From a virus, in IMG/VR virus record IMGVR_UViG_3300005663_000003, positions 22,672-86,671 of that record: a stretch of 64,000 nt of DNA, one strand, 5' to 3'. Both the position numbers and the translations under genes were made by a program. The notes under the pieces were generated by a model, which searched no databases, was not told the DNA's origin, and saw nothing but the letters and a program-made list of their open reading frames with translations. Each line of letters begins with the position of its first letter. Position 1 is the first letter of the stretch. Positions 28,784 to 37,950 of this stretch are shown here, in pieces.

Positions 28784-29815
28784 ATGGGCGGCGGAAACGT
28801 TCTCGGCCTTCAGAGCCTGCAAAGCGTCTACGAACGTAGCGGGACGGCTCCGCACATCCTCAACACGGTAGCGAACGGCGGCTTCTCCGTTCAGCAAGAC
28901 CTGGCCGCAGCGGTCGCCGACATCGCCCAATACCGCGACGCGCTTGGCGTCATTCAGCATTCGTGGCAGGAAGACTCCCTGCTGATGGGCCCGGCGGTCA
29001 CCGACATCTTCGCGGCATCGCTTGTGGGTGTGAACCTCACCCCGGCCCTCTTCCCGACTCGGCCCACCGTCAACTTCGGCCTGGACGTGCTGCGGCTCAT
29101 CCCCACGTCGCGAACTTTCACATCGGCGGTCAATAAAATCCAATTCGGAAACGGAGCGGTGTTCACGCTCGACTTCCCAAGCGCGACCGCTGCGGCTGCG
29201 TTGCTCGTCAATCCCACCATCATCTACCAGCAGGACGGCGGCGGCTTCGGGAGCGGCCTGGTCGTCAACCACTCGGCGATCTATGAGGGTGGGCCCGCTG
29301 GGTCCACGCGCTTCATCGGTCCCATCTTCACCTTCGTCCACCAGCCGACATTCAGGGCGAACGGCGCGGGGTCGACGGTCAACCATTCGCAGGGTCGTGA
29401 CTTCCTCTCGCAGCCGATCCACAGAGTAGACGGCGGCGCGACGGCCTACAACATGACGGGCATCTGGACCCAGCTCTTTTGCTCGGGACAGGTGCGAACC
29501 GGCGCAACGATGACCTTTCGCCGGATCATCTTTTGCGGCGCGCTCGCCAACGCCACCGGCATCATCACCGACACCACGGCGATTCTCATCGACGACCTCA
29601 CCCCCGAGACGACGAACCCGGCTATGGGGATCGAGAACAACATCGGCAGTCCCGGAATTCAATACGAAGGAGCGTCCGGGCTCTGGGGTATCTTTGCGGC
29701 TACGCCCGTCGGTCAGCAGACCGTGGTCGGAAGTCGAGGAGGTAACGCCGCGCTGGCTTCTTTCCTCACGGCGATGGAGAACCTCGGCTGGATCATCGAC
29801 AGCACGGTCGTCTAG
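28784..29815 (+). CDS. Putative fibre protein with C-terminal GSRGGNAAL...DSTVV domain
   Basis: 343 aa, beta-rich; C-terminus shared with 61642-63480. Confidence 0.65.
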   Translation: MGGGNVLGLQSLQSVYERSGTAPHILNTVANGGFSVQQDLAAAVADIAQYRDALGVIQHSWQEDSLLMGPAVTDIFAASLVGVNLTPALFPTRPTVNFGLDVLRLIPTSRTFTSAVNKIQFGNGAVFTLDFPSATAAAALLVNPTIIYQQDGGGFGSGLVVNHSAIYEGGPAGSTRFIGPIFTFVHQPTFRANGAGSTVNHSQGRDFLSQPIHRVDGGATAYNMTGIWTQLFCSGQVRTGATMTFRRIIFCGALANATGIITDTTAILIDDLTPETTNPAMGIENNIGSPGIQYEGASGLWGIFAATPVGQQTVVGSRGGNAALASFLTAMENLGWIIDSTVV

Positions 29816-29825
29816 AAAGAACAGC

Positions 29826-30266
29826 ATGCCCATCCTTCTCACGACGTCAGTAACCTACCCCGCCGCACACGGCAAACCGGCCGAGGTCTACAGCGAACTC
29901 AAGGCCCACGAATTGAGGGGCAGAATCCACGCGCGGAAGCTGGAGATCCAGGTCCAATACGGGAACACGGTGGATGGCAAGTGGCTCGGTGGGAAGCTAC
30001 CCATCGCGCACTACCTCCTCGAAAACGTAGCGCCAGAGGAGGACCCACAGGGCAACATCATCACGCCAGCCGATCCGCGATACGACGTCTTCATGGCGAC
30101 GACCTTCGGCCCTTCGGCGGTCGACATCATCAACCGAATCATCGCGGGCACGTTGGCCCCGACCGACGCCCTCGCCGAACTCGACCAGCTCTACCTGGAA
30201 AACGGAGAGGCCATCTATAGCTGGCTTCAGTTGCAGGAGCCCAGCTACGCAGGAACCATCCAATGA
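29826..30266 (+). CDS. Hypothetical protein (possible fibre chaperone)
   Basis: ATG 29826, follows the fibre gene. Confidence 0.55.
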   Translation: MPILLTTSVTYPAAHGKPAEVYSELKAHELRGRIHARKLEIQVQYGNTVDGKWLGGKLPIAHYLLENVAPEEDPQGNIITPADPRYDVFMATTFGPSAVDIINRIIAGTLAPTDALAELDQLYLENGEAIYSWLQLQEPSYAGTIQ

Positions 30267-30634
30267 CCGACACCCCGCCGACTCCACCGACCCCGACCCC
30301 GCCGACGCCGATGCCGATGCCGATGCCTGATCCCTTGCCCAAGACTATCGCGGTTCCTTTTGGGCTCGTCCTGGAGGTCGCCCAATACCTGGAGGCGACT
30401 CCGACAGCTCGCGACGTTCCGCCTAGCACACCGGTCGGCATGGCGCTACAGCTCAGCCAGCACGCCGAGGCGGCGATACAGAGACACAAGGCGGTCCAGG
30501 GGAAGAAGCTCAAGGAAGAGATGGAACGCCTAGCGGACGAGAAGAAGAACAGCGGCCACGTTCCACGAAAGCCGATGGACGAGTTGATGGCCGAGGCCAA
30601 ATCAGCGCGAGCAAGTCCCACGCCGAAGGAATAG
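30263..30634 (+). CDS. Hypothetical protein with Pro-Thr N-terminus
   Basis: 123 aa, ATGA overlap. Confidence 0.55.
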   Translation: MTDTPPTPPTPTPPTPMPMPMPDPLPKTIAVPFGLVLEVAQYLEATPTARDVPPSTPVGMALQLSQHAEAAIQRHKAVQGKKLKEEMERLADEKKNSGHVPRKPMDELMAEAKSARASPTPKE

Positions 30635-30641
30635 TCATCGA

Positions 30642-31856
30642 GTGAGCGGCCAAGGAACAGTAGGAAGTGGATACGTCGTCACGTTCGGGGTCATCAACCC
30701 GAACGGCACGCCGCGAACTGGCTTGGTTGCTGGCGACTTTACTGTGCGGGTCGAGAACCCACAGAACACCTTCAGCACAGCGCCCGCTGTCTCCGAGGTT
30801 GGCGGCGGACAATACCGCTTCACCCTCCCCGGAGCCTTCACCACGACTCATGGAGCGGGTGAGTATGGCTGGTCGGTCGAGCTGACGAATCCCCCCGTGG
30901 ATCTAATCTCGAACTGGGTAACCTTCTTCCTTCGGGATCCTGACGACCTCGAAACCGAAACGAGCGCGGCGGCCAGGGCAGTCACCAACCAGGCCGAGCA
31001 CGATCAAACACAGGCCGATGTCGCTCTCGTGGAAACCGAAGCCGCAGCCGCAGCCCGGGAGGTCACGAACACGGCCGAACACGCTCAAACGCAGCTTGAC
31101 ATCGCGAACCTGAACGACCCGGACGTGGCCGCCATCGCCGATGGAGTCTGGGACGAGGCCCGCGCCGGGCACGTCGCGGCAGGTAGTTTCGGCGAGGCCC
31201 TCGATGCCCGCGTCTCCCTCGTCGAAACCGAAGCGGCTGCCGCCGCGCGAGAGATCACGAACACCGCCGAGCACGACCAGACGCAAACCGACATCGCAAA
31301 CCTGAACGATCTTGATGCGGCCGAGGTCGCCGCAGCGGTGATAGTTGCGCTCACGGTCCAGGGTTACACCGCAGCTCGGGCGCTCCTCCTCGACAACCTC
31401 GACGCGGCCATCTCGACGCGAGCCGTTCCAGGCGACCTCATGGGTCTAGTGGCCGGGGCCATCACGGCGGCGAAGATCGCGGCGGACGCGTTCACCGCCT
31501 CGCAATTCGACGCGTCGATGCAGAGCTACCAGGCGAAGGTCTGGAACTTCGACGACGACCTGGCGGGCACCCCGACCGATCGCTACGGCGTGGCCTTCTT
31601 CAAGAACGGGAACTTCATCACGGCGGGCATCGGGGCGCCTTCAATCCGGGTGCTTCGCAACGTCGATGGCGTTGACCTCATTCCGACCATCGCCCTGGTC
31701 GCCGTCCCTGGCTTCCCCGGCCTCTTCTTCTTCGAGGAGACGAGCGGCCCACGGCGCATGGTCGACGGGCGGAGCTACTTCGCCGTGGTCACCGCGACCA
31801 TCGACGCCGCGACGCGCACGTGGCCGCAGCAGATCGGGCGCGACAACACGCCATGA
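30642..31856 (+). CDS. Virion protein with three ETEAAAAARE.TNTAEH.QTQ.DIA repeats
   Basis: 404 aa; beta N-domain, coiled repeats at ~30948-31310, IADGVWDE...GSFG motif. Confidence 0.7.
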   Translation: MSGQGTVGSGYVVTFGVINPNGTPRTGLVAGDFTVRVENPQNTFSTAPAVSEVGGGQYRFTLPGAFTTTHGAGEYGWSVELTNPPVDLISNWVTFFLRDPDDLETETSAAARAVTNQAEHDQTQADVALVETEAAAAAREVTNTAEHAQTQLDIANLNDPDVAAIADGVWDEARAGHVAAGSFGEALDARVSLVETEAAAAAREITNTAEHDQTQTDIANLNDLDAAEVAAAVIVALTVQGYTAARALLLDNLDAAISTRAVPGDLMGLVAGAITAAKIAADAFTASQFDASMQSYQAKVWNFDDDLAGTPTDRYGVAFFKNGNFITAGIGAPSIRVLRNVDGVDLIPTIALVAVPGFPGLFFFEETSGPRRMVDGRSYFAVVTATIDAATRTWPQQIGRDNTP

Positions 31857-32119
31857 CGAACCGCGTTTTTCGTTTTGCCTTCGCGCTGTTCGATACGGAG
31901 CCCTGGCTTCAGCTCGGGCAGGCGCCCCCGCCCCCGGTGGTCCCCGGCCCCACCCAGCTTGACGTCAACCAGCGTGGCCTGGGGAACCGGCTCAGCGTCT
32001 TCCCTTCTCGCAACGCCCTGACAGTCGCGACCGCGCTGAGGGGTAACCGGCTGAGCGTCTTCCCCTCGCGCAACACGCTCGACGCGGTGGACACGCGGAA
32101 CATCTTGGACACGGAGTAG
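31853..32119 (+). CDS. Hypothetical protein with tandem GNRLSVFPSRN repeat
   Basis: ATG 31853; two near-identical repeats. Confidence 0.55.
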   Translation: MTNRVFRFAFALFDTEPWLQLGQAPPPPVVPGPTQLDVNQRGLGNRLSVFPSRNALTVATALRGNRLSVFPSRNTLDAVDTRNILDTE

Positions 32120-32122
32120 ACG

Positions 32123-32479
32123 ATGGCCCAGCCCCCGACACGCTTGAAGCGAGGCGACCGCAGCCCGATCTTCGACTCCGTGATGCGCGACCGCGACGGC
32201 AACCCCATCAGCCTCCTCGGCGCCACCGCTCGCTTCCTCATGCGCGACGCGACCGACCGTAGCAACGTGGTCATCGTTGCGCCCGCCACGATCGTCAACC
32301 CGCTCGCCGTTGCGCCCGACCCAGACCTGGGCCGCATCACCTACTCGTGGAGCGCGACGGACACCGTCACCCCCGGTAAGTTCGAAGCCGAGGTGGAGGT
32401 CACGTTCGCGGGCGGGATCGTCGAGACGTTCCCGAACGTCGGCTACCACGACGTCATCATCGAGCAGGACATCGCCTAG
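32123..32479 (+). CDS. BppU N-terminal-like baseplate protein
   Basis: LKRGD.SP......D.DGNPISL.GATARF.M...G.ITYSW...DT..PG.FEAEVEVTF..G.VETFP. Confidence 0.8.
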   Translation: MAQPPTRLKRGDRSPIFDSVMRDRDGNPISLLGATARFLMRDATDRSNVVIVAPATIVNPLAVAPDPDLGRITYSWSATDTVTPGKFEAEVEVTFAGGIVETFPNVGYHDVIIEQDIA

Positions 32480-32967
32480 ACCTCGGGGTAGAAAACCTCG
32501 CGCGCCCAGCCCCCTCCCTTCTTCTCGGTGACCGCGATGAAGCGGAAGGGGAACAGCCCGGCGGCGGTCTTGATCTTCACCCGCGCATCATCCTCCCAGA
32601 ATCCCTTGACCTCGTGGACCTCGATGAGTCCGTCGGGGAGGATCACGAGGAAGTCAGGCGTGTAGCCGGTGAGCCAGTTCGGCCCAAGCCGCAGCTTGAT
32701 GCACTCGAACCTGTAGTCCGCGATGACGCCGACGTGTTTGAGCATGTCTAGTTGGCGTTCGTAGCGGGCCTCCAGCTTGTTCATCGGCGGCCCGGCTTCG
32801 AGAGTCAGGCGCGTCGCCTTCGCCTCGGCGCACAGCTCGCGCGACGGTAGCTGCGCCTCGGGCTGCTCGCGTTCGAACTCGGCGAGGTCGACTCCCATCT
32901 GCTTGAGCTGGGCACGGGTGAACCCGTTGCCGCCTCCTCCTCGCCTCTGCCGTCGCTTCCTCGCCAT
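32476..32967 (-). CDS. DUF1064-like PD-(D/E)XK endonuclease
   Basis: MNKLEARY...YTPDFLV....G.IEVHEVKGFW.DDARVKIK; SD CAGGAG before ATG 32967. Confidence 0.8.
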   Translation of the reverse strand: MARKRRQRRGGGGNGFTRAQLKQMGVDLAEFEREQPEAQLPSRELCAEAKATRLTLEAGPPMNKLEARYERQLDMLKHVGVIADYRFECIKLRLGPNWLTGYTPDFLVILPDGLIEVHEVKGFWEDDARVKIKTAAGLFPFRFIAVTEKKGGGWAREVFYPEV

Positions 32968-33037
32968 CGTTCGCTCCTGACCCCAGGCTACCTCGCGGGA
33001 AAGACAAGCCGCAAGCCCGAGCACTTGCAGGGTTTAT

Positions 33038-33084
33038 AACTTTCTGAACTTTCTGTTTGACAGTGACGCGGGGAGTTGTATAAT
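33038..33084 (+). promoter_or_regulatory. Early promoter 1
   Basis: (AACTTTCTG)x2, TTGACA 33057-33062, 16 bp, TATAAT 33079-33084. Confidence 0.9.
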
Positions 33085-33090
33085 GAGGGC

Positions 33091-33351
33091 ATGAACAACA
33101 CGGAGCACACGACCATGACCGACCTCGCCACCCTGCCCATGACCACCCTTGACACCATCTGCCGCGAACTCTACGCGGACATCTACTCGCTTGAGGTCGT
33201 CGCCTCCCGCAACAGCGGCGCGAGGTCCCCCTACGATGTTCGCTTCATCCGCACCCGCGCCGCACGGCGCCTCATCAAGTCGATCCGCCGCACCCTTCGC
33301 GGCAGGCTGACGACCGCCGCCAACGCTCGCCCCACCGGGGAGCGCTGGTAG
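33091..33351 (+). CDS. Early hypothetical protein
   Basis: ATG at predicted +1; second in-frame ATG at 33115. Confidence 0.6.
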   Translation: MNNTEHTTMTDLATLPMTTLDTICRELYADIYSLEVVASRNSGARSPYDVRFIRTRAARRLIKSIRRTLRGRLTTAANARPTGERW

Positions 33352-33353
33352 CC

Positions 33354-34130
33354 GTGAGCGACCTCCGAGGAGCCGAGCTGCTCCGAGCCTTCCGCGCGGG
33401 TGACACCGAGGCGGGCCTGGCCTGGCTCAACCACGCCGAGCGTGAGGACGACCTGGTCGGCACGATCATCGAGTGGCAAGAGCAGGGCTGTGGCGGGGGA
33501 CCCTCACCGATGCCGAAGCGCAAACGCGTCCAGCGGTGGGGCCCCTACATGGGAGTCGAGTGCCCGGGGTGCGACCGCATCGTCGAGGTCGGCGCCGAGG
33601 ATGGCCCCGTCATGCGAGCGTGGCGCGGCGGCGAGAGGTTCCCCCACTGTGGCGCCGTTGTTCTCCCGGCCTACGACCGGGCTCATCACTTCGCCCCCTT
33701 CATCTGCGTCGAGGGCGAGACGGGACCGATGGAGTTGAGCGAGTTCCTCGAATGGATGGGCGACGACCTCACCGCCATCGACACGAACGCCGAGCAGATC
33801 CAACGGACCCGCGACAACCAGGCCGAATGGGAAGAGGCGCGGGCTCTGCGGAAGGCGAACACTGAGGAGCACAAGGCGAGACGCGCAGAACGCGCCGCGA
33901 AGGACAGGGCGGGCCGCGCCATGGATGGACAGCTCGCCGCGTCCCTCGTCCTCGACGAGTTCATCGCCGCGCACAATGGGCCGATGTGGCCGAAGGACGT
34001 GGACCGGCTGCGACGCTTGGAGGCGGCACACTACGACGCGACCGAGCGGCACCGCCGCGCACACGACGGCTGGAAGGAAGCGCACGCGGCTGCGGACAAG
34101 GCAGCTAAGGCCCTGGCGGAGCTGGAGTAA
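33354..34130 (+). CDS. Hypothetical protein (Zn motif plus coiled coil)
   Basis: 258 aa; CPGC; N-terminal MSDLRGAELLRAFRAGD. Confidence 0.65.
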   Translation: MSDLRGAELLRAFRAGDTEAGLAWLNHAEREDDLVGTIIEWQEQGCGGGPSPMPKRKRVQRWGPYMGVECPGCDRIVEVGAEDGPVMRAWRGGERFPHCGAVVLPAYDRAHHFAPFICVEGETGPMELSEFLEWMGDDLTAIDTNAEQIQRTRDNQAEWEEARALRKANTEEHKARRAERAAKDRAGRAMDGQLAASLVLDEFIAAHNGPMWPKDVDRLRRLEAAHYDATERHRRAHDGWKEAHAAADKAAKALAELE

Positions 34131-34142
34131 TGGAGCCTCAGA

Positions 34143-34189
34143 AACTTTCTGAACTTTCTGTTTGACAGGACGCCCCGGAGTTGTAGACT
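34143..34189 (+). promoter_or_regulatory. Early promoter 2
   Basis: (AACTTTCTG)x2, TTGACA 34162-34167, 16 bp, TAGACT 34184-34189. Confidence 0.88.
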
Positions 34190-34196
34190 AGGGGGC

Positions 34197-35198
34197 ATGA
34201 GCAACCCCGAAAGGAACGACATGAACACGACCAAGAACGACGACCGCCGCACCGCCCGCCGCCGCAAGCTGACCCTCTCGATTCTGGGCCAGGAAGCGGA
34301 CCGCTCCAGAACGAACAAGCCCGAGCTGGTCGACGCGGCTGCCCGCCTCTACTCGCTGGCGAGCCCCGAGGCCATCGCCATCGTCCAGGCGCAGCTCGCC
34401 GTTGACGGCGTGTCGGCCCTGCTCGACCTCGCCGAGTTCGTCTCCTTCGCTTCCGACAGCGTCGAGCAGATGGCGCTGAGCTACAAGGGCCTTGGCGACA
34501 GCACCGGACTCCCGCACGGCCCCGAGCGTCAGCGGTTCGTGAACCTGTCGGGCAAGCGCACCCACCGCAAGGTCACCTGGAAGACCATCGCCGTGGCTCT
34601 CCACGCCGCGATCAAGGCCGAGCGGATCGCCGCGAGCGAGGCCGAGCACGCCGAGCGCCTCGCCGCTGAGGAAGCTGCCGCTGCTGAGGAAACTGCCGAG
34701 GTCATCGGGAGCTTCCCCGCGACCCACGAGGGAGTGAAGGCCGCCGCGAAGGAGATCGCCAAGCGGATCGGCGAGCGTCGCCGCGCCAAGGCCGACGGTG
34801 GCAAGCTCACCGTAGTCGGCGGCGATCCCAAGGACCATCAGACCGGCCCCGTTCCCAGCCGCATCAAGTCGATCGAGGTCAGCCAGGGCGAGGGCGTCGC
34901 GCCCCTGCTCCACGCCACGGTCAACAGCTTCCACGCGGCGAACGCGTTGCTCCGTCTGATCGCCGACCGCCACACCGGCCCCGGTTACCGCAAGGTCGAC
35001 CTGGACATCACCTGGGAGAACGGCGAGACGATCCGCACCCGTCACGATGTCTACAGCTCGCCCGACGTTCGGAACGAGAAGGAGCACAGCCTCAACGCCG
35101 CGAAGCACGCCCGCGCCGTGCTCCGCTTCTTCGTGGACAAGTATGAGACCGCGAGCGCCCAGGCGATCCTCGACGGCTGCGACCTCGGGAAGGAGTAG
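34197..35198 (+). CDS. Early protein with C-terminal LPD25-like domain
   Basis: SF.AAN.LL....GY.KVD..I.W.NGE....R.DV resembles LPD25. Confidence 0.55.
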   Translation: MSNPERNDMNTTKNDDRRTARRRKLTLSILGQEADRSRTNKPELVDAAARLYSLASPEAIAIVQAQLAVDGVSALLDLAEFVSFASDSVEQMALSYKGLGDSTGLPHGPERQRFVNLSGKRTHRKVTWKTIAVALHAAIKAERIAASEAEHAERLAAEEAAAAEETAEVIGSFPATHEGVKAAAKEIAKRIGERRRAKADGGKLTVVGGDPKDHQTGPVPSRIKSIEVSQGEGVAPLLHATVNSFHAANALLRLIADRHTGPGYRKVDLDITWENGETIRTRHDVYSSPDVRNEKEHSLNAAKHARAVLRFFVDKYETASAQAILDGCDLGKE

Positions 35199-35201
35199 GC
35201 C

Positions 35202-35534
35202 ATGAACGAAACCGAAGACCGCTGGGCCTGGCTCGTCCGAATCGAGGGCGACCTGCTCCAGCTCACGACGGAGGCGGGGGTCGAGGACAAGATGGCACAG
35301 GCCATCCTCGACGACCCCGAGGGCTGGGGCTTCGACGACATCCCCGAGGAGGACCGCGCCTCCTCCTATCTGATGGCCGACATGGTGATGGCCTGCGTCT
35401 ACGGCGACTTGATGCACCTGGCCGAGCAGCACGAATACCCCTGGGCACGGAAGACGCTGGAGCAAGCGGCGGGCGACTGGCTCGACACCAGAACCGCGAA
35501 GCTGTCCGAGCTGAGGAAGAAGGACCAACGATGA
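35202..35534 (+). CDS. Acidic hypothetical protein
   Basis: 110 aa, SD AAGGAG. Confidence 0.65.
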   Translation: MNETEDRWAWLVRIEGDLLQLTTEAGVEDKMAQAILDDPEGWGFDDIPEEDRASSYLMADMVMACVYGDLMHLAEQHEYPWARKTLEQAAGDWLDTRTAKLSELRKKDQR

Positions 35535-35704
35535 GGCGGCGAGCCTACAGCGGCAAGCAGGTCGCGTGCTCAGACTGTGGCGCACGCGGCCCAGCCGAGG
35601 AGGCGGGCGATGGACCCGAGCCGCTCTGTCCAGGTTGCTCCGATCCCGTCGGACTGGTCCACGAACAGGACAGCCGGATGCCGATGCCAGGAGACGACCG
35701 ATGA
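35531..35704 (+). CDS. 57-aa Zn-finger protein (not in ORF track)
   Basis: ATGA overlaps at both ends; CSDC...CPGC. Confidence 0.55.
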   Translation: MRRRAYSGKQVACSDCGARGPAEEAGDGPEPLCPGCSDPVGLVHEQDSRMPMPGDDR

Positions 35705-36018
35705 CCGACGAGCGCGTGGAGCACCTCAAGATACACGACCTCGGCGGCGGCTTCAGTGCCGAGACCTGGCTGGCTCGCTCTGGCCGCTGGGCCTTCGGCC
35801 TGGTCCGGCAGGCTGAGCGCCTCATCCCGTGCGGCGCTGGTGTCCTCATTCAGCACCGCGCCTCAGTCAGCGCTTGGGGCTACCAGTCCCGGGGGGCCGC
35901 ACTGGAGGTCGCTGAGCGAGTCGCCCTGGCCCTCGACCCTACCCGCCTCACCGAGGCGCCAGCGGGCCCTGAGGAGCCTGCCGGGGACCCGGACGAACCC
36001 GCAAGGAGAGCCAAATGA
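35701..36018 (+). CDS. Hypothetical protein
   Basis: ATG 35701, SD AGGAG. Confidence 0.6.
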   Translation: MTDERVEHLKIHDLGGGFSAETWLARSGRWAFGLVRQAERLIPCGAGVLIQHRASVSAWGYQSRGAALEVAERVALALDPTRLTEAPAGPEEPAGDPDEPARRAK

Positions 36019-36248
36019 GCGGATGCGAATTCGTAGGCAAGAGCGATGGTGACCGTGGGCGGTGCGGGGCTGAGGCTGGGGGCTTCAATCCCAAGAGCAA
36101 CGGTATGGACCTGCTCCCCTACTGCGTAGATTGTGGCGCCAACTTCTGTGAACACCACCTGGCCCGCCATCGTTGCGGCGCGATGGTTCGAGCAGGGACT
36201 AAGCGCGGAGATGCGCCAGCTCGTTACAGGGAGGAAATGGATGACTGA
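36015..36248 (+). CDS. Small Cys/His-rich protein
   Basis: CVDCGANFCEHH...HRC. Confidence 0.6.
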   Translation: MSGCEFVGKSDGDRGRCGAEAGGFNPKSNGMDLLPYCVDCGANFCEHHLARHRCGAMVRAGTKRGDAPARYREEMDD

Positions 36249-36561
36249 GCGCGAACCCAACCTGCGCCCCGGTGGCCTCCCCCTCATCGAGGTCGGCGAC
36301 CGCTGGCTGATCCGTCTGCGCGGGGCGACCAAGCTGCTCCCGTGCAAGGTGCTCGACAAGCGAGCGCGCGGCTACTGGCGTGTAGCTCTCGAAGACGGAC
36401 TGGGCCGCGTCGAGGTCCCGGCCACCTACTTCGTCGACCAGCTCCCGCCGGTCGACCCCACCCCCGTCGAACGCGACATCATGGTCGAGCTAGTGAGGCT
36501 CCGGCGCGAGGTCGCGCGCCTGGCCCTCGCGGTGTCCGCCATGCAACCCCCTGAGGAATAA
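36241..36561 (+). CDS. Hypothetical protein (SH3-like plus coil)
   Basis: ATG 36241, SD GGAGG. Confidence 0.55.
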   Translation: MTEREPNLRPGGLPLIEVGDRWLIRLRGATKLLPCKVLDKRARGYWRVALEDGLGRVEVPATYFVDQLPPVDPTPVERDIMVELVRLRREVARLALAVSAMQPPEE

Positions 36562-36580
36562 GGGTTAACGGCAGGCTAGA

Positions 36581-36626
36581 AACTTTCTGAACTTTGTGTT
36601 GGACGTGACCGATTACCGTGTATACT
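36581..36626 (+). promoter_or_regulatory. Early promoter 3
   Basis: AACTTTCTG-AACTTTGTG, TTGGAC, 16 bp, TATACT 36621-36626. Confidence 0.85.
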
Positions 36627-36633
36627 GAATGGC

Positions 36634-36816
36634 ATGAGCAGCACGGCGAACAACACCACCAAGGAGACCAACATGAACAACACCTGCCCCACCCACGGAA
36701 ACACCCTCATCCTCTCCATGAGCGGCGGGGGCGTTTGCCTCTTCTGCAACCACAACAACTCGGTCCCCTCCCCCCAACTGGAGGCCCCACAACTCACCCC
36801 CAAGTCGGGGGTGTAG
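36634..36816 (+). CDS. Small Zn-binding early protein
   Basis: CPTH...CLFC; ATG at +1, second ATG 36673 with AAGGAG. Confidence 0.6.
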   Translation: MSSTANNTTKETNMNNTCPTHGNTLILSMSGGGVCLFCNHNNSVPSPQLEAPQLTPKSGV

Positions 36817-36818
36817 CC

Positions 36819-37007
36819 GTGAAGCGCCTTCCCCTGATCCTGTTCGCCGACGCGGCGACCGTCGCCCATTACCGTGACCGCCTCGACCGTGCCGCGACGC
36901 TGCTCCGGGTTCCTCCTCGTGGCCCCGTCTTCGAGGACGATGAGCCCGAGGGCGAGCCGCAGACGTGGAACGACTACGCCGAGTGCGTAGCGGATGGATA
37001 CGCATGA
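36819..37007 (+). CDS. Hypothetical protein
   Basis: GTG start, coupled to next gene. Confidence 0.5.
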   Translation: MKRLPLILFADAATVAHYRDRLDRAATLLRVPPRGPVFEDDEPEGEPQTWNDYAECVADGYA

Positions 37008-37258
37008 GCGACCGAGATCAACGCTGCGCCCTGCGGGGCGCTGTCGGGCAACCGGCCTGCGCCCGCGCGCTCGTCGCTGCCGGGCGTGCGAAACTCGCGA
37101 AAGGGCTGCGCGTCGAGCTGTCCTACCCCTGCTTCGCGCGGGTGTTCGTAGTCTCGGCCTGCTACCCGCTGCGCGATGGCTCGGGCTGGTTCGTGCTGTT
37201 CGGCTCCGCTCTCGGCGTGCGCGTCGAGGATCGCAGCATCCTCCGGGTCGTCGTATGA
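37004..37258 (+). CDS. Hypothetical protein
   Basis: ATGA overlaps. Confidence 0.5.
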   Translation: MSDRDQRCALRGAVGQPACARALVAAGRAKLAKGLRVELSYPCFARVFVVSACYPLRDGSGWFVLFGSALGVRVEDRSILRVVV

Positions 37259-37479
37259 GCCTCCCGACCTGCGAGCGGTGTAAGGAGCGCCCGGCGACCG
37301 CCGTGACCCAGCACACCGCAGAGCTGCTCTGCGAGCCGTGCATCCGCGCGACGTGGAACGCGTGCGCCGGGTGCGGCCACCGCGCCAGCTACATCAAGCC
37401 AGGCGACGACTGCGCGAGTTGTGCCCGCGAGACGCGCGAGAGCAAGACCGAGGACCCCGACTACAACCGAGGACTGTGA
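37255..37479 (+). CDS. Double Zn-finger protein
   Basis: Four CxxC pairs in 74 aa. Confidence 0.6.
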   Translation: MSLPTCERCKERPATAVTQHTAELLCEPCIRATWNACAGCGHRASYIKPGDDCASCARETRESKTEDPDYNRGL

Positions 37480-37481
37480 CC

Positions 37482-37889
37482 ATGCGCCCAACTGAACGAC
37501 AGCGGACCGACGAACACCTGCGCCTCGTCGCCGAGGCGGGGATGCACGAACGCCAGCGCGACCGGCTGAGAACTGAGGCGCTCAGGCACGACGCCACCGC
37601 CAAGCGCCAGCGTGCGAAGCTCGCCGAGATGGAGAGCGCCCCCGAGAAGGCGGCTAGGCTCACGGGCGCGATCCTCAGGCCGCCGCGCAAGACGCTCGCG
37701 GGTGCGCCCCTCGACGTCGAGAGCATCAACGTCTACACCCCCGGCTGTCCCGCCGTTGTCCGCATCTTCATTCAACTCACGTGTGGCAAGGTCGCCGCCC
37801 TGGACATCTCGGAGCTGGACGCCTTCAAGCTGGAACGTCGCCTGGCTTGGAAGCTCGACGAACTCGACCGCGACAAAGCCAGCGAATAA
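37482..37889 (+). CDS. Hypothetical protein
   Basis: ATG 37482, SD GAGGA. Confidence 0.6.
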   Translation: MRPTERQRTDEHLRLVAEAGMHERQRDRLRTEALRHDATAKRQRAKLAEMESAPEKAARLTGAILRPPRKTLAGAPLDVESINVYTPGCPAVVRIFIQLTCGKVAALDISELDAFKLERRLAWKLDELDRDKASE

Positions 37890-37950
37890 ACTATCTGAGT
37901 GACGAGTGACAGTCCCCTATGTTAGACTCGTCCCAAGGAGACGGAAGCCC

